Positions 37,040 to 46,212 of a stretch of 64,000 nucleotides of DNA are shown piece by piece. This DNA comes from an uncultured Actinomycetes bacterium (GTDB taxonomy: Bacteria > Actinomycetota > Thermoleophilia > RBG-16-64-13), in contig CAVQZD010000002.1 of assembly GCA_963718375.1 (NCBI GenBank), positions 14,000-77,999 on the forward strand, given 5' to 3'. Below the pieces are notes generated by a model. The model saw only the letters and a program-made list of their open reading frames with translations. It did not search any database and was not told the origin of the DNA. The position numbers and the translations under genes were made by a program. Numbering within the stretch: the first letter of the stretch is position 1; every line of letters begins with the position of its first letter.

Positions 37040-38191
37040 GTGACGGCCCCACGGGGTCAGGGAGGTTCAGTGGCGGGACTGTTCGCCGATATCGTGGGCC
37101 AGAAGATGGCGGTCACTATCCTCGACCGGGCGCTGCGGCAGGGAGCTTCACACGCCTATCTGTTCTACGGACCGCCCGGTGTAGGCAAGAGCGAGGCCGC
37201 TGTGGCTTTTGCCGCCGGCTTGGCCTGTCCCGAACGAGGCTGCGTCGAATGCAACAACTGCCAACGGGTACTATCCGGGGTCCATCCGGATGTGGAGGTC
37301 ATAGCTCCTGAGGGCAACTTCATCCGAAAAGACGAGATCACTGAGGTCAATCTGCATGCGGTCTATCGTCCTTACGAGGCCTGCGCCAAGGTATATATCT
37401 TCTTGGAGGCTGAGAGCTTCAACGACCAAGCAGCCAACGCCTTTCTGAAGACCCTGGAGGAGCCACCGCAGCACGTCCACTTCGTGCTGGTCACCGACCG
37501 ACCGGAGCGGATGCTGCCCACCATAGTCTCTCGCTGTCAGCCGGTAGCGTTCTCGCCCGTCCCTGTACCGGCGGTGACAGAGGTGCTCGTAGACCGTTGT
37601 GGTCTGAGCGAAGAGGAGGCCGCACTGATGGCTCGTGTCTCGGGGGGCAACCTGGCCTACGCAAGAGAGCTTGCTACCTCGGAGGCCGCTCGCATACAAC
37701 GGGACACGCTGCTTGACCTTGGTCGGGACCTGCCGGGACTCGGACTCCTGGATACTGAGGTGGCGATAGACGATCTCATGGCCACCGTGGAGGCCAGGGC
37801 GAACGAGCGCACGGGGCAGCTGGAGGCGCAGCTCACCCAGGCACTGGAGTGGGCCGGGGACGCGCGTACCAAGGCCTGGCTAAAGAAGCGCCACGAAGAT
37901 CGCGCGAAGAGGCAGCAGCGCCGCCTAGTCACCAGCGGTCTGCAGTTAGCCACCAGGACTCTGGCTTGTTGGTACAGGGACCTGGCTCTGGTCTCCGCGG
38001 GTGCGGAAGGCGGCGTGCACAATCTGGACCGGTTGCAGGAGCTGCGGACCCTGGGTTCTTCTTCCGGACCGCTGGCATATTCTGAAGCTGTGGTGGCCGT
38101 GAGCAAGGCCCAGGAGAGGCTCCGCTATAATGTTGATGCCCGATGCGCTATCGGGGACATGTTTCGTTCCATCAAGGAGGCCCTGAACTAG
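37040..38191 (+). CDS. holB: DNA polymerase III subunit delta prime
   Basis: HAYLFYGPPGVGKSE plus a Zn module CPERGCVECNNCQRVLSGVHPD, then ANAFLKTLEEPP and SRCQ. Confidence 0.88.
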   Translation: MTAPRGQGGSVAGLFADIVGQKMAVTILDRALRQGASHAYLFYGPPGVGKSEAAVAFAAGLACPERGCVECNNCQRVLSGVHPDVEVIAPEGNFIRKDEITEVNLHAVYRPYEACAKVYIFLEAESFNDQAANAFLKTLEEPPQHVHFVLVTDRPERMLPTIVSRCQPVAFSPVPVPAVTEVLVDRCGLSEEEAALMARVSGGNLAYARELATSEAARIQRDTLLDLGRDLPGLGLLDTEVAIDDLMATVEARANERTGQLEAQLTQALEWAGDARTKAWLKKRHEDRAKRQQRRLVTSGLQLATRTLACWYRDLALVSAGAEGGVHNLDRLQELRTLGSSSGPLAYSEAVVAVSKAQERLRYNVDARCAIGDMFRSIKEALN

Positions 38192-39465
38192 TGGCCGAAG
38201 TCGTAGGGGTAGTCTTTTCCGGCGGACCGAAGGTGTATCACTTCGATCCTGCCGGTCTCGCGTTGGCGGAGGGGGACCGCGTGGTGGTGCAGACCGCCAC
38301 CGGACCTGAGATCGGCGAAGTCGTCGAAGCGCCCCATGAAGTAGATGATTCGGATATCGCTGCGGCGCTGAAGAAGGTCCAGCGCATCGCTACGGACAAG
38401 GATCTCGAGACGCAGGCCGCTTCGGAGAGCCTGCGTCGCGAGGCTATGGCCACGTGCAGAGAGATGATCCGCAGCCATGGTCTCGACATGAAGCTGGTCG
38501 GTGCCGAGATCGGTCTTGGTGGCGAGAAGATAACCTTCAGCTTCTTCTCTGAGGAGCGGGTGGATTTTCGCACACTGGTGGCGGACCTGTCCCAGGCACT
38601 GGAGACGCGCATCGAGCTCAGACAGGTGGGCGCGCGCGAAGAGGCGCGTATGGTCGGCGGTCTGGGTCCCTGCGGTCGCGCTCTGTGTTGCACGGTGTTC
38701 CCGGGTGATGATGATCCGGTCTCTATCCGCATGGCCAAAGAGCAGAATCTACCGCTCAACCCGACCAAGATCTCCGGTCTATGTGGTCGTCTGATGTGCT
38801 GTCTCAAGTATGAGCAGGACCAGTACGTCTGCTTCCGCAAGGAGTCACCCGCCAAAGGCACGCGCGTGTGCACCCCGGAGGGCGACGGAGTGGTGTCAGG
38901 CTATATGCTGACCAAAGAATCAGTGGCCGTGAAGATGGAAGATGGCTCGCATGGAGAAGTGCGCTTGTGCCAGTGTGAGTGCCAGGCGGACGGATCTCTG
39001 CTCTTCACCCCCGAGGAGAAACCGCCGGCACCGTCCCCTTGGGATCTTCCCCCAGGTCTAGGAAGGTCCATGGTGGGAGAGGGTCCTGATTTCTCGCAGC
39101 CCGCGTCTGACGCCGGTGCCGGTGCTGGTGAGGGTGGCGAGTCTACGCAGGGCAAGAGTGAGGGCTCTCGCCCCGGTCGTTCGCGTAGATCGCGAAGCAG
39201 GCGCCGGGGTCGCGGCCGCGGACCGGACCAGGGTCAGCCGGCCGGCGAGGGCGCTGCAGTCGCATCGGGCGGCCAGCAGACAGGCTCTCGTCCGCCCGGA
39301 GAACGAACGGGCGGTGGGCAAGCCCCGAGCCAGGGGACTAGCGGCCAAGGAGGCGCGTCCAAGCGACCGCGTCGCCGGCGCAGACCACGAAAGCCCGGCT
39401 CGGGCGGCGCGCCTGGGGCACCCGGGAACGGCGGCGGCAATGGGGGCGGTGGCTCCGGGTCGTAG
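38191..39465 (+). CDS. ricT: PSP1/RicT (YaaT) family protein with a Gly/Arg/Pro-rich tail of about 150 aa
   Basis: GTG 38191 overlaps the holB stop. Contains GDRVVVQTATGPEIGEVV..ITFSFFSEERVDFR..LGPCGRALCC..LCGRLMCCLKYE. The tail has RSRRSRSRRRGRGRG and RPRRRRRPRKPG. Confidence 0.85.
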   Translation: MAEVVGVVFSGGPKVYHFDPAGLALAEGDRVVVQTATGPEIGEVVEAPHEVDDSDIAAALKKVQRIATDKDLETQAASESLRREAMATCREMIRSHGLDMKLVGAEIGLGGEKITFSFFSEERVDFRTLVADLSQALETRIELRQVGAREEARMVGGLGPCGRALCCTVFPGDDDPVSIRMAKEQNLPLNPTKISGLCGRLMCCLKYEQDQYVCFRKESPAKGTRVCTPEGDGVVSGYMLTKESVAVKMEDGSHGEVRLCQCECQADGSLLFTPEEKPPAPSPWDLPPGLGRSMVGEGPDFSQPASDAGAGAGEGGESTQGKSEGSRPGRSRRSRSRRRGRGRGPDQGQPAGEGAAVASGGQQTGSRPPGERTGGGQAPSQGTSGQGGASKRPRRRRRPRKPGSGGAPGAPGNGGGNGGGGSGS

Positions 39466-39577
39466 GGATGCGCGGCGACGTCGGGCTTGTCAGCTACGCA
39501 GCGGCAGCTTCTAAACTAAGGCGCTCGCGGAGCGCGGCGCCTGGCTCGGTATCCAGCGCGACACACTTCTTCTTCGG

Positions 39578-39650
39578 GCCAGCGTAGCTCAGATGGTAGA
39601 GCAGCTCACTCGTAATGAGCAGGTCTGGGGTTCGATTCCCCACGCTGGCT
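39578..39650 (+). tRNA. tRNA-Thr (anticodon CGT)
   Basis: Hand-folded cloverleaf. Acceptor stem GCCAGCG/CGCTGGC, D stem GCTC/GAGC, anticodon stem GCTCA/TGAGC with loop CTCGTAA, T arm TGGGG-TTCGATT-CCCCA. No CCA is encoded. Confidence 0.9.
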
Positions 39651-39730
39651 TACCCGGAAGAAGAGTCCGACCCCGCATCATCCTTGTCGATAAAGGGAAC
39701 AATCAACCATCACGATCGAAAGGAGCAGTT

Positions 39731-40237
39731 GTGGGAGCGAATGAGTTCGGGATCATCTACGGGGCGGCCTACGGGTCGCTGGCAGACGCCACAGCGGATT
39801 ACGAAGGCATCAAAGAGCTGCACAAGGAGAAGTGGATCGGCAAGTATGAGTCCGCCCTCTTCACCAAGAACGAGGATGGGTCCGTCAAGATCCACGACAC
39901 CGACGCCACCTCTCGCGGGAAGGGCCTGAAGATAGGCGCGGCCGCTGGGGCGGCCATCGGCCTCATCTTCCCCGTTACCCTCCTAGCGGGCGCCTTGGTC
40001 GGCGGAGGTGCCGGCCTACTCGGGGGTCATCTCTCGAAGGGTCTGAAGCGCGACGACATCAAGGAACTCGGCGACACGCTCGACACGGGAGAAGCCGGGA
40101 TCATCCTGGTGGCGATCGTCACCCCCGATGAGGGGATCGACCGCTTCCTCAAGCGGGCCGCCAAGGTCATGAAGAAGCAGGTGGACGAGGACGCCGAAGA
40201 GCTCAAGAAGGCCATCGACGAAGCGCTCGTAGACTGA
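39731..40237 (+). CDS. DUF1269-like glycine-zipper membrane protein
   Basis: GTG 39731 follows AAAGGAG. The upstream part of track ORF 39593..40237 overlaps the tRNA and is discarded. The Gly-zipper is GAAAGAAIGLIFP..GALVGGGAGLLGG. Confidence 0.65.
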   Translation: MGANEFGIIYGAAYGSLADATADYEGIKELHKEKWIGKYESALFTKNEDGSVKIHDTDATSRGKGLKIGAAAGAAIGLIFPVTLLAGALVGGGAGLLGGHLSKGLKRDDIKELGDTLDTGEAGIILVAIVTPDEGIDRFLKRAAKVMKKQVDEDAEELKKAIDEALVD

Positions 40238-40249
40238 GTCTGCCAGTGT

Positions 40250-40281
40250 GGGGCGCACCGGCCGCACGGCCGGTGCGCCCC
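40250..40281 (+). terminator. Perfect 14-bp GC-rich hairpin (GGGGCGCACCGGCC-gcac-GGCCGGTGCGCCCC); candidate intrinsic terminator
   Basis: Read directly from the sequence, 13 nt after the stop codon. There is no clear U-tract. Confidence 0.6.
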
Positions 40282-40460
40282 AGTTCGTGTGCCCCCGAAA
40301 TGTCGATGACGTCCTGTCCTCCTGCTAGTGCGACCGCAACCCGGGGGTCAACAAGTCTGATATCGTCAGTCGGAGGGCTCGGACCGTCGCCGGCTGACGG
40401 ACGGGCAACCCGGGGTTGGTATCGCCGGGGTCACTTGCGATGTTTGGAGGAGGTCGGCGT

Positions 40461-40945
40461 ATGCCAGAGGAGAAACAGGTCGCAGACGCACCGCAGGCGA
40501 ACGAAGCGGCGGCGCGACCGGCCAAGCGACGGCGCCGAATGTCTGCGCCCCTGGTCGTGGCGGCACTCATCATGTTCCTGGCGATGGCCTCCTACTTCGC
40601 CAACGGCGTGTCTCTGCTCCTCGAACTGGACGTCTTCACGCGCGGGCTCGGGAACGCTTCGGTGGCGGCGGGCGCGCTCACGCCCGAAGGGCAGCGTCTG
40701 GTCCTCGGCGGTGTGTATCTCTTCTTCGGTGCGCTTGCCCTGATCTTCCTGATCGGCTTCCTGCTGAGACGCAGAGTGGGCCTGGGTCGCCACCATGACC
40801 TGGACTGCGTTATCGCTCATCGTCGGACTGGTCGCCTACTTCAGCGGACAGCCCAAGTACTCTGAGCATGCTGGCGGGTGTGGTGCTACTACTCGTGCTC
40901 AACCAGACGTCGGTCCACCAGGAATTCCAAGTGGAAGCGCGGTGA
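40461..40945 (+). pseudogene. Small 4-TM membrane protein, with frame broken at about 40775 and about 40865
   Basis: ATG 40461 follows GGAGGAGG. TM1-2 are in ORF 40416..40865. The hydrophobic continuation WAWVATMTWTALSLIVGLVAYFSGQPKY and then SMLAGVVLLLVLNQTSV.. lie in the other two frames, ending at TGA 40943-40945. Confidence 0.4.
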
Positions 40946-40952
40946 TGCGGGC

Positions 40953-42821
40953 ATGAGCAAGAACTCACACACCTCGAGCCGGCGGCGGCCACCGAGACGT
41001 TGTCGGCGTCCCGCGACGCCGGAGATCTCGAGCTACTCCGGAGGTTCGAACCTGTCGTTCGCTTCACGCAAGGGCGAGCAGTTCTTCCCGACGGACGTCG
41101 AGCGATATGTCTCTCAGGCCAGCCTCTGGGCCCACTATCCCGACGGACGAGAGGAGAGACTGATAGACGAGGGGGACCTCGACGTCGACGCATTGGTCGA
41201 GCCGAGGGAATACCCGTTCGGGACTATTGAGTATCTCCGTTTCAACGAGGCGCTGGGGCTGGCCGAGAGCGCCCGGGTGCTCAGCGAAGTGGCGCGCGAG
41301 CGCCGCGAGAGCGGGAACGTGTTCCGGCCGGGAAGAGGGAGACTTGCGCGAGGTGGCTTTCTGCCCCGGGTGGTCGACGCGCTCTTCTCGGTATCGTTCT
41401 TCTTTCGCGGTAAGGTGTCGCCGGTGACCGCCGCAGCGGCGGAGTTGGACTACAACCGGGCTCTCCGCGAGGATGAGAAGTACGTCTACTACGGGCGGGT
41501 GGTCCGCCAAGGTGGCTGGACGGTCCTTCAATACTGGTTCTTCTACTACTACAACAGCTGGCGTTCCGGGTTCCACGGCGTCAACGATCACGAATCGGAT
41601 TGGGAGAATATCGTCGTCTACCTGTATGAGCAGGATGGACGGCTCTATCCGGAGTGGGCCGCATACGCCTCGCACGACTTCCACGGTGTCGACTTGCGCA
41701 GGCGCTGGGACGACCGCGGGGAGCTCGATCTCGTGGACGGTCACCCCGTAGTGTGGGCGGGTGCCGGATCCCACGCCTCCTACTTCCGCCAGGGTGAGTA
41801 CCAATCTCCGGTGCCTCTGCCGGTGCCCAAATGGATGGGCACTGTCGCTCGCGGCCTCAGTTCGTTCTGGACTCGCACCCTTGGCCAAGCGGGCAGGACC
41901 CGAGACCCATTCCGGATCCCCTTCGTCGATTTCGCCAGGGGTGACGGGAAGAGCATCGGCCCAGCGCAGCCGTACCAGTGGGACGCGGTGGTCGTCGACG
42001 AATCGACGCCGTGGGTCAGCAAGTATCGCGGGCTGTGGGGTCTCTATGCACACGACCCGATCTCCGGCGAGAACGCTCCCGCGGGTCCCATGTACAACCG
42101 GGGGGGATCTCCTAGGCAGAGCTGGTACGACCCCTTGCGCTTCGCCGGTCTGGATACCGAGCCACCGCCACCCCACGCCGTCGATCTGTTGTCTGAGGAT
42201 TGCTCCCGCATCCAAACGAGGCAGGAGGAATTGCAGAAGTCGATCACCCTGAAGAGTGTCGAACTCCAGTCCCTCGGCGTCGAGATGAACGGTATGGAAG
42301 GCAACCCTCATCTGGTCGACCGGCACGTGGCGCTCGCGCAGAAAGCGGCCGTCCTTCGTGAGGAGCTGAGTGGCCTTAGGCGTGAGTCCTCCGAGAACGA
42401 GGCGATACTGGGCGCGCTTCGGCACAGGTTGGCTCTGCTCAAGGCGGGAGACAAGCCCGATCCGCGCTCACACATCAAGAAGCTGGGCCAGCCGGTGGCT
42501 CAGAAGGACGTGCGGTTCAACCGGGCGGCCGAGGCCTGGGGGGCGATCAGCCTCAGCGTCATCCTGCTAGGGCTCGTGACGGTACTCGTACTTGCGCGCG
42601 GTTACGTGTGGATGGCGCTGACTCTGATGGCGGTCGCGTTTGTCGTCATAGAGTCCATCCTCCGGGGAGAGTATGCCCGGACGATCACAGGCATCGCGTC
42701 GGTCCTTGCAGTCGTCACCACGATTCTTCTCATAGGTCACTTCTGGCTGTGGATAATCGTGGTAGCGCTAGCGTCGCTGGCAGTGTTCCTGATGGTGCAG
42801 AAACTGCGCGAAATCCGGTAA
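40953..42821 (+). CDS. Vps62/DUF946-like domain protein with a C-terminal coiled coil and 4 TM helices; N-terminal frame uncertain (break near 41070; alternative TTG start at 41000)
   Basis: ORF 40878..42821 has YWFFYYYNSW..GVNDHESDWENIVVYL..YASHDFHG..VWAGAGSHASYF. A heptad-like region lies at about 42185-42460. The hydrophobic tail is ISLSVILLGLVTVLVL..WLWIIVVALASLAVFLMV. The family-typical N-terminus DLELLRRFEPVVRFTQG is in ORF 41000..41230. Confidence 0.6.
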   Translation: MSKNSHTSSRRRPPRRCRRPATPEISSYSGGSNLSFASRKGEQFFPTDVERYVSQASLWAHYPDGREERLIDEGDLDVDALVEPREYPFGTIEYLRFNEALGLAESARVLSEVARERRESGNVFRPGRGRLARGGFLPRVVDALFSVSFFFRGKVSPVTAAAAELDYNRALREDEKYVYYGRVVRQGGWTVLQYWFFYYYNSWRSGFHGVNDHESDWENIVVYLYEQDGRLYPEWAAYASHDFHGVDLRRRWDDRGELDLVDGHPVVWAGAGSHASYFRQGEYQSPVPLPVPKWMGTVARGLSSFWTRTLGQAGRTRDPFRIPFVDFARGDGKSIGPAQPYQWDAVVVDESTPWVSKYRGLWGLYAHDPISGENAPAGPMYNRGGSPRQSWYDPLRFAGLDTEPPPPHAVDLLSEDCSRIQTRQEELQKSITLKSVELQSLGVEMNGMEGNPHLVDRHVALAQKAAVLREELSGLRRESSENEAILGALRHRLALLKAGDKPDPRSHIKKLGQPVAQKDVRFNRAAEAWGAISLSVILLGLVTVLVLARGYVWMALTLMAVAFVVIESILRGEYARTITGIASVLAVVTTILLIGHFWLWIIVVALASLAVFLMVQKLREIR

Positions 42822-44503
42822 TGAGCTGGCTGAGACGCCTGAGACTCGACCGCAGAAATGTGGGCCCGGACCTGAGCTCCGGACTTGTACTCGGCGTGGT
42901 GAGTGTGCCGGATGCCCTTGCCGCCGGAGTGCTCGCGGGAGTCAATCCTCTCTATGCGCTCTACGCAGTCATGTTGTCCACCCCGGTGGGGGCGTTCTTC
43001 GCCAGCTCGGCATTCTTGAGCGTGCAGACCACGAGCGCCATGGCGTTGGTGGTCGCCAGCGTCCCCGAGGTCTCTGGGGCCGAGGTCAATCCTCGGGCTG
43101 TCTTCACGCTCGCCATCCTGACCGGGGTATTCATGCTGATCGCTGGGTTTCTCAAGCTGGGCCAGCTCATGCGTTTTGTGTCAAATTCGGTGATGGTGGG
43201 GTTCATGAACGGGGTGGCCCTTCTGATCATCCTCGGCCAGTTGAAGGACTTCACCGGGTACGCAAGCGAGTTCAGCAACAGGGTGGTGCGGGCCGTCGAC
43301 CTTCTGTTCAACCTCGACCAGGTAGATCTGCCTACCGTCGCAGTGGGACTGACCGCGGTGATGCTGATAGTGGTCCTGGAGGAGACACGGCTTCGCCAGC
43401 TAGGTATGGTGGTGGCGATCATCGCGGCATCGCTGCTCCCAAGTCTCTTTGGATGGGGTTCGGTGGCTCTGGTGTCCGATATCGCTGCGATCGAGGGCGG
43501 TTTTCCCAAGCCTGTCCTTCCGGACTTCTTGACGGTGCCCATGCTGATCGTGCCCGCCCTCTCTCTGGCTGCGATCGGCCTGATCCAAGGAGCGGGGGTA
43601 AGCCAGGCATATGTGAACCCGGATGGCCGATACCCTAATGCTTCACGGGACTTCATCGGCCAGGGCGCGGCCAACGTAGCCGCAGGCCTCTTCCGGGGTA
43701 TGCCGGTCGGCGGCTCGGTCTCCGCGACCGCACTCATAGTCAACAGTGGGGCCCGGACCCGGCTGGCGAACATATTCGCGGGTGTAGTGATCGCCGTCAT
43801 CACGTTGCTCTTCGCCGGAGCAGTGGGCAGGCTCGCCATGCCGGCCCTGGCCGGCCTGTTGATCGTGATCGGTTTTCGTACGATCAAGCCGGCCAACGTG
43901 CTGTCGGTGTGGCGCACGGGCAACATCCAGCGCGTCGTCATGGTGATGACCCTCGGCCTGGTCCTGATGATCCCGCTGCAATACGCGGTCTTGGCCGGCG
44001 TGGCTCTCTCCATCCTGCTCTATACCGTGAGGCAATCAAACCGGATAGTGGTGAAAGAGTGGAAGCTCGAGGAGGGCAGTCTGCCGCTCGAGCAAGACGC
44101 GCCCACGAGCGTCCTTCCGGAAAGCATCACCGTGCTCGTGCCCTACGGAAGCCTCTTCTACGCCGCCGCCCCCGTGCTCGAAGACAAATTGCCGGCCATC
44201 GATGACAAGACTAGAAACGCCGTTGTCATCCTCAGCCTGCGCGGGCGGAGCGAACTGGGCAGCACCTTCATGAAGATGCTGGAACGGTATGCGGCTGACC
44301 TCAAGGAACACGACAGCCTGCTCATGCTGGCCGAGGTCGACTCGTCGATCAGGGAGCAACTGGCCCGCGCCGGGATGGTCGACTCTGTCTCCCATCGAAA
44401 CATCTTCACGAAGACCGGCAAGGTGGGGGAGTCCCTCTACGACGCTCATGCAGCAGCCAAGGACTGGATGGCGCAGCGCAAGACCGGCGACGGGGTGGCC
44501 TAA
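42821..44503 (+). CDS. SulP-family anion (sulfate) permease with C-terminal STAS domain
   Basis: ATG 42821 (TAATG overlap with the previous stop). Starts MSWLRRLRLDRRNVGPDLSSGLVLGVVSVPDALAAGVLAGVNPLYALY, followed by multiple TM segments and a STAS-like C-terminus. Confidence 0.88.
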   Translation: MSWLRRLRLDRRNVGPDLSSGLVLGVVSVPDALAAGVLAGVNPLYALYAVMLSTPVGAFFASSAFLSVQTTSAMALVVASVPEVSGAEVNPRAVFTLAILTGVFMLIAGFLKLGQLMRFVSNSVMVGFMNGVALLIILGQLKDFTGYASEFSNRVVRAVDLLFNLDQVDLPTVAVGLTAVMLIVVLEETRLRQLGMVVAIIAASLLPSLFGWGSVALVSDIAAIEGGFPKPVLPDFLTVPMLIVPALSLAAIGLIQGAGVSQAYVNPDGRYPNASRDFIGQGAANVAAGLFRGMPVGGSVSATALIVNSGARTRLANIFAGVVIAVITLLFAGAVGRLAMPALAGLLIVIGFRTIKPANVLSVWRTGNIQRVVMVMTLGLVLMIPLQYAVLAGVALSILLYTVRQSNRIVVKEWKLEEGSLPLEQDAPTSVLPESITVLVPYGSLFYAAAPVLEDKLPAIDDKTRNAVVILSLRGRSELGSTFMKMLERYAADLKEHDSLLMLAEVDSSIREQLARAGMVDSVSHRNIFTKTGKVGESLYDAHAAAKDWMAQRKTGDGVA

Positions 44504-44521
44504 GTCGACCGGCTCTAGCCG

Positions 44522-44557
44522 GGGCCGACTCGGGTCCCGCGGGACCCGAGTCGGCCC
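44522..44557. terminator. 36-nt perfect palindrome (GGGCCGACTCGGGTCCCG/CGGGACCCGAGTCGGCCC); candidate bidirectional terminator between convergent genes
   Basis: Read directly from the sequence. It sits between the SulP stop (44503) and the sulfatase stop (44567). Confidence 0.6.
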
Positions 44558-44566
44558 GACCTCGCT

Positions 44567-46048
44567 CTAGTGCATGGCCGCTCCCGAGGCATCTTGCAGC
44601 GTCTCCAGGATGCGGTCGAGGTTGAACGAAGCCGGCTTCTGCCGCGGTGGGAAATCCTTGAAAGACTGTATCTGCTGAGCCACGAGCGCCTGGGCTCCGT
44701 AGAGGAGATAGGCGTGGTCGATCATCCAGTCGTAATAAGTATTGGAGTTCTCGTCCGCACGCTCAAAGGGATCGCGACGCAGATGGAACATCTTGGGGAT
44801 CCTCAGCGGGACGAAGGGCTCAGACCAACACGCGAGCTGCTTGGCGCGTTGCTCCATGAACACGAGCTTCCAGTCGTTGTGCCGCACGGCCACGAGTTGG
44901 CCGTCGTCGCTCAGGTAGAAGAAGGACTGCCGGGGGCTCTTATCGACCTCCCCTGTGAGGTAGGGCAGCATGTTCAGGCCGTCGATGTGCGCCTTGAAGG
45001 ACTTGTCGCCGGCCTGATGCCCCTCCAGGACCTTGGTGCGGATGTCTGGCTCTCCGGCGGCCGCAAGTAGTGTGGGCAGCCAGTCCTGATGACACACGAT
45101 GTCGTTGAGCGTCTTGCCCGCCGCGAACCTGCCGGGCCAGCGGACGAACGCCGGCACCCGCCAGCCGCCTTCCCAGTTGGTGTTCTTTTCGCTCCGGAAC
45201 GGAGTGATAGCGCCGTCGGGCCAGGTATTGAAGTGGGGACCGTTGTCCGTCGAGTACATGACGATGGTGTTGTCGGCGATACCCAATTCGTCGAGCTTGT
45301 CCAGCATCTGGCCGACCAGTTCGTCATGCGCCACCATCACGTCGTTGTAGGGGCCCTGTCCGCTCTTGCCCAGGTGCTTCTCTGCAGGATGCGTCCGGAA
45401 ATGCATGGCGGTGGAGTTCCACCACAGGAAGAACGGCTTGCCTGACTTGCTGGCCTCGTCCATGAAGCCGAGGGCGTGCTCCGTGATCTCCTCGTCGATG
45501 GTCTCCATGCGCTTCTTGGTGAGCGCCCCGGTGTCTTCTATCCGCCCGTCGGCGTAGCTGTGGATCACGCCACGCGGGCCGAAACGCGCACGAAACGCCG
45601 GATCCTTCGGATAGTCGGGGCTCTCCGGCTCCTCCTCGGCGTTCAGGTGGTAGAGGCTGCCGAAAAACTCGTCGAAACCGTGATTGGTGGGTAGGAACTC
45701 GTCTTTGTCTCCCAGGTGGTTCTTGCCGAACTGACCCGTGACGTAGCCGAGAGGCTTCAGGAGCTCGGCGATGGTCGGGTCCTCGGGGCTCAGGCCGGTA
45801 TCTGCCCCCGGCATCCCGACCTTGGTGAGGCCGGTGCGAATAGGGTTCTGGCCGGTGATGAACGCGGACCGGCCTGCCGTACAGCTCTGCTGACCGTAGT
45901 AGTCGCTGAAGGCCAGACCCTCCTCGGCCACTCGATCGATGTTGGGGGTCCTGTAACCCATCTGCCCCCGGTTGTTGTAGCTGATGTTCCACCAGCCGAT
46001 GTCATCCCCCCACAGGATGAGGATGTTGGGTTGAGCCTTCGTGGCCAT
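44567..46048 (-). CDS. Arylsulfatase (Cys-type, formylglycine-dependent), with no signal peptide
   Basis: 493 aa. Contains NILILWGDDIGW and QQSCTAGRSAFITG (C-x-A-x-R), plus sulfatase core motifs (GKNHLGD, YSTDNGP). Confidence 0.9.
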   Translation of the reverse strand: MATKAQPNILILWGDDIGWWNISYNNRGQMGYRTPNIDRVAEEGLAFSDYYGQQSCTAGRSAFITGQNPIRTGLTKVGMPGADTGLSPEDPTIAELLKPLGYVTGQFGKNHLGDKDEFLPTNHGFDEFFGSLYHLNAEEEPESPDYPKDPAFRARFGPRGVIHSYADGRIEDTGALTKKRMETIDEEITEHALGFMDEASKSGKPFFLWWNSTAMHFRTHPAEKHLGKSGQGPYNDVMVAHDELVGQMLDKLDELGIADNTIVMYSTDNGPHFNTWPDGAITPFRSEKNTNWEGGWRVPAFVRWPGRFAAGKTLNDIVCHQDWLPTLLAAAGEPDIRTKVLEGHQAGDKSFKAHIDGLNMLPYLTGEVDKSPRQSFFYLSDDGQLVAVRHNDWKLVFMEQRAKQLACWSEPFVPLRIPKMFHLRRDPFERADENSNTYYDWMIDHAYLLYGAQALVAQQIQSFKDFPPRQKPASFNLDRILETLQDASGAAMH

Positions 46049-46212
46049 CCAGGCCTCCTCGTTCGTCTGCCAACGGCGGATCGGCAGGCGGGTTGTTGTT
46101 GCGCCTCGACGACATTGATATCAGCCACCGAGGACAGAAGCAAGCCCTCCCTCGCGGCCCGAAAGACAGGCGGGCTAGGCAGGTATGGGGGCCGGCGCGA
46201 CGTACTTGTAGC

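Noticed and set aside
39593-39730. N-terminal 46 codons of track ORF 39593..40237
   Set aside because: This part overlaps the tRNA-Thr gene. A GTG at 39731 with an AAAGGAG RBS gives a sensible start for the DUF1269-like protein.
41064-44013. 453-aa and 350-aa minus-strand ORFs opposite the Vps62-like and SulP genes
   Set aside because: They have no domain signatures and biased composition. The plus-strand genes have clear family motifs.
3420-46130. Shared TGATATCA(G) palindromic octamer at 3420-3428 and about 46122-46130 (and the related TGATTATCA at 7834-7842) as a possible common regulatory motif
   Set aside because: An 8-9-mer recurring two or three times in 64 kb is compatible with chance, and the flanks differ. 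I kept only the extended perfect inverted repeats as candidate operators.
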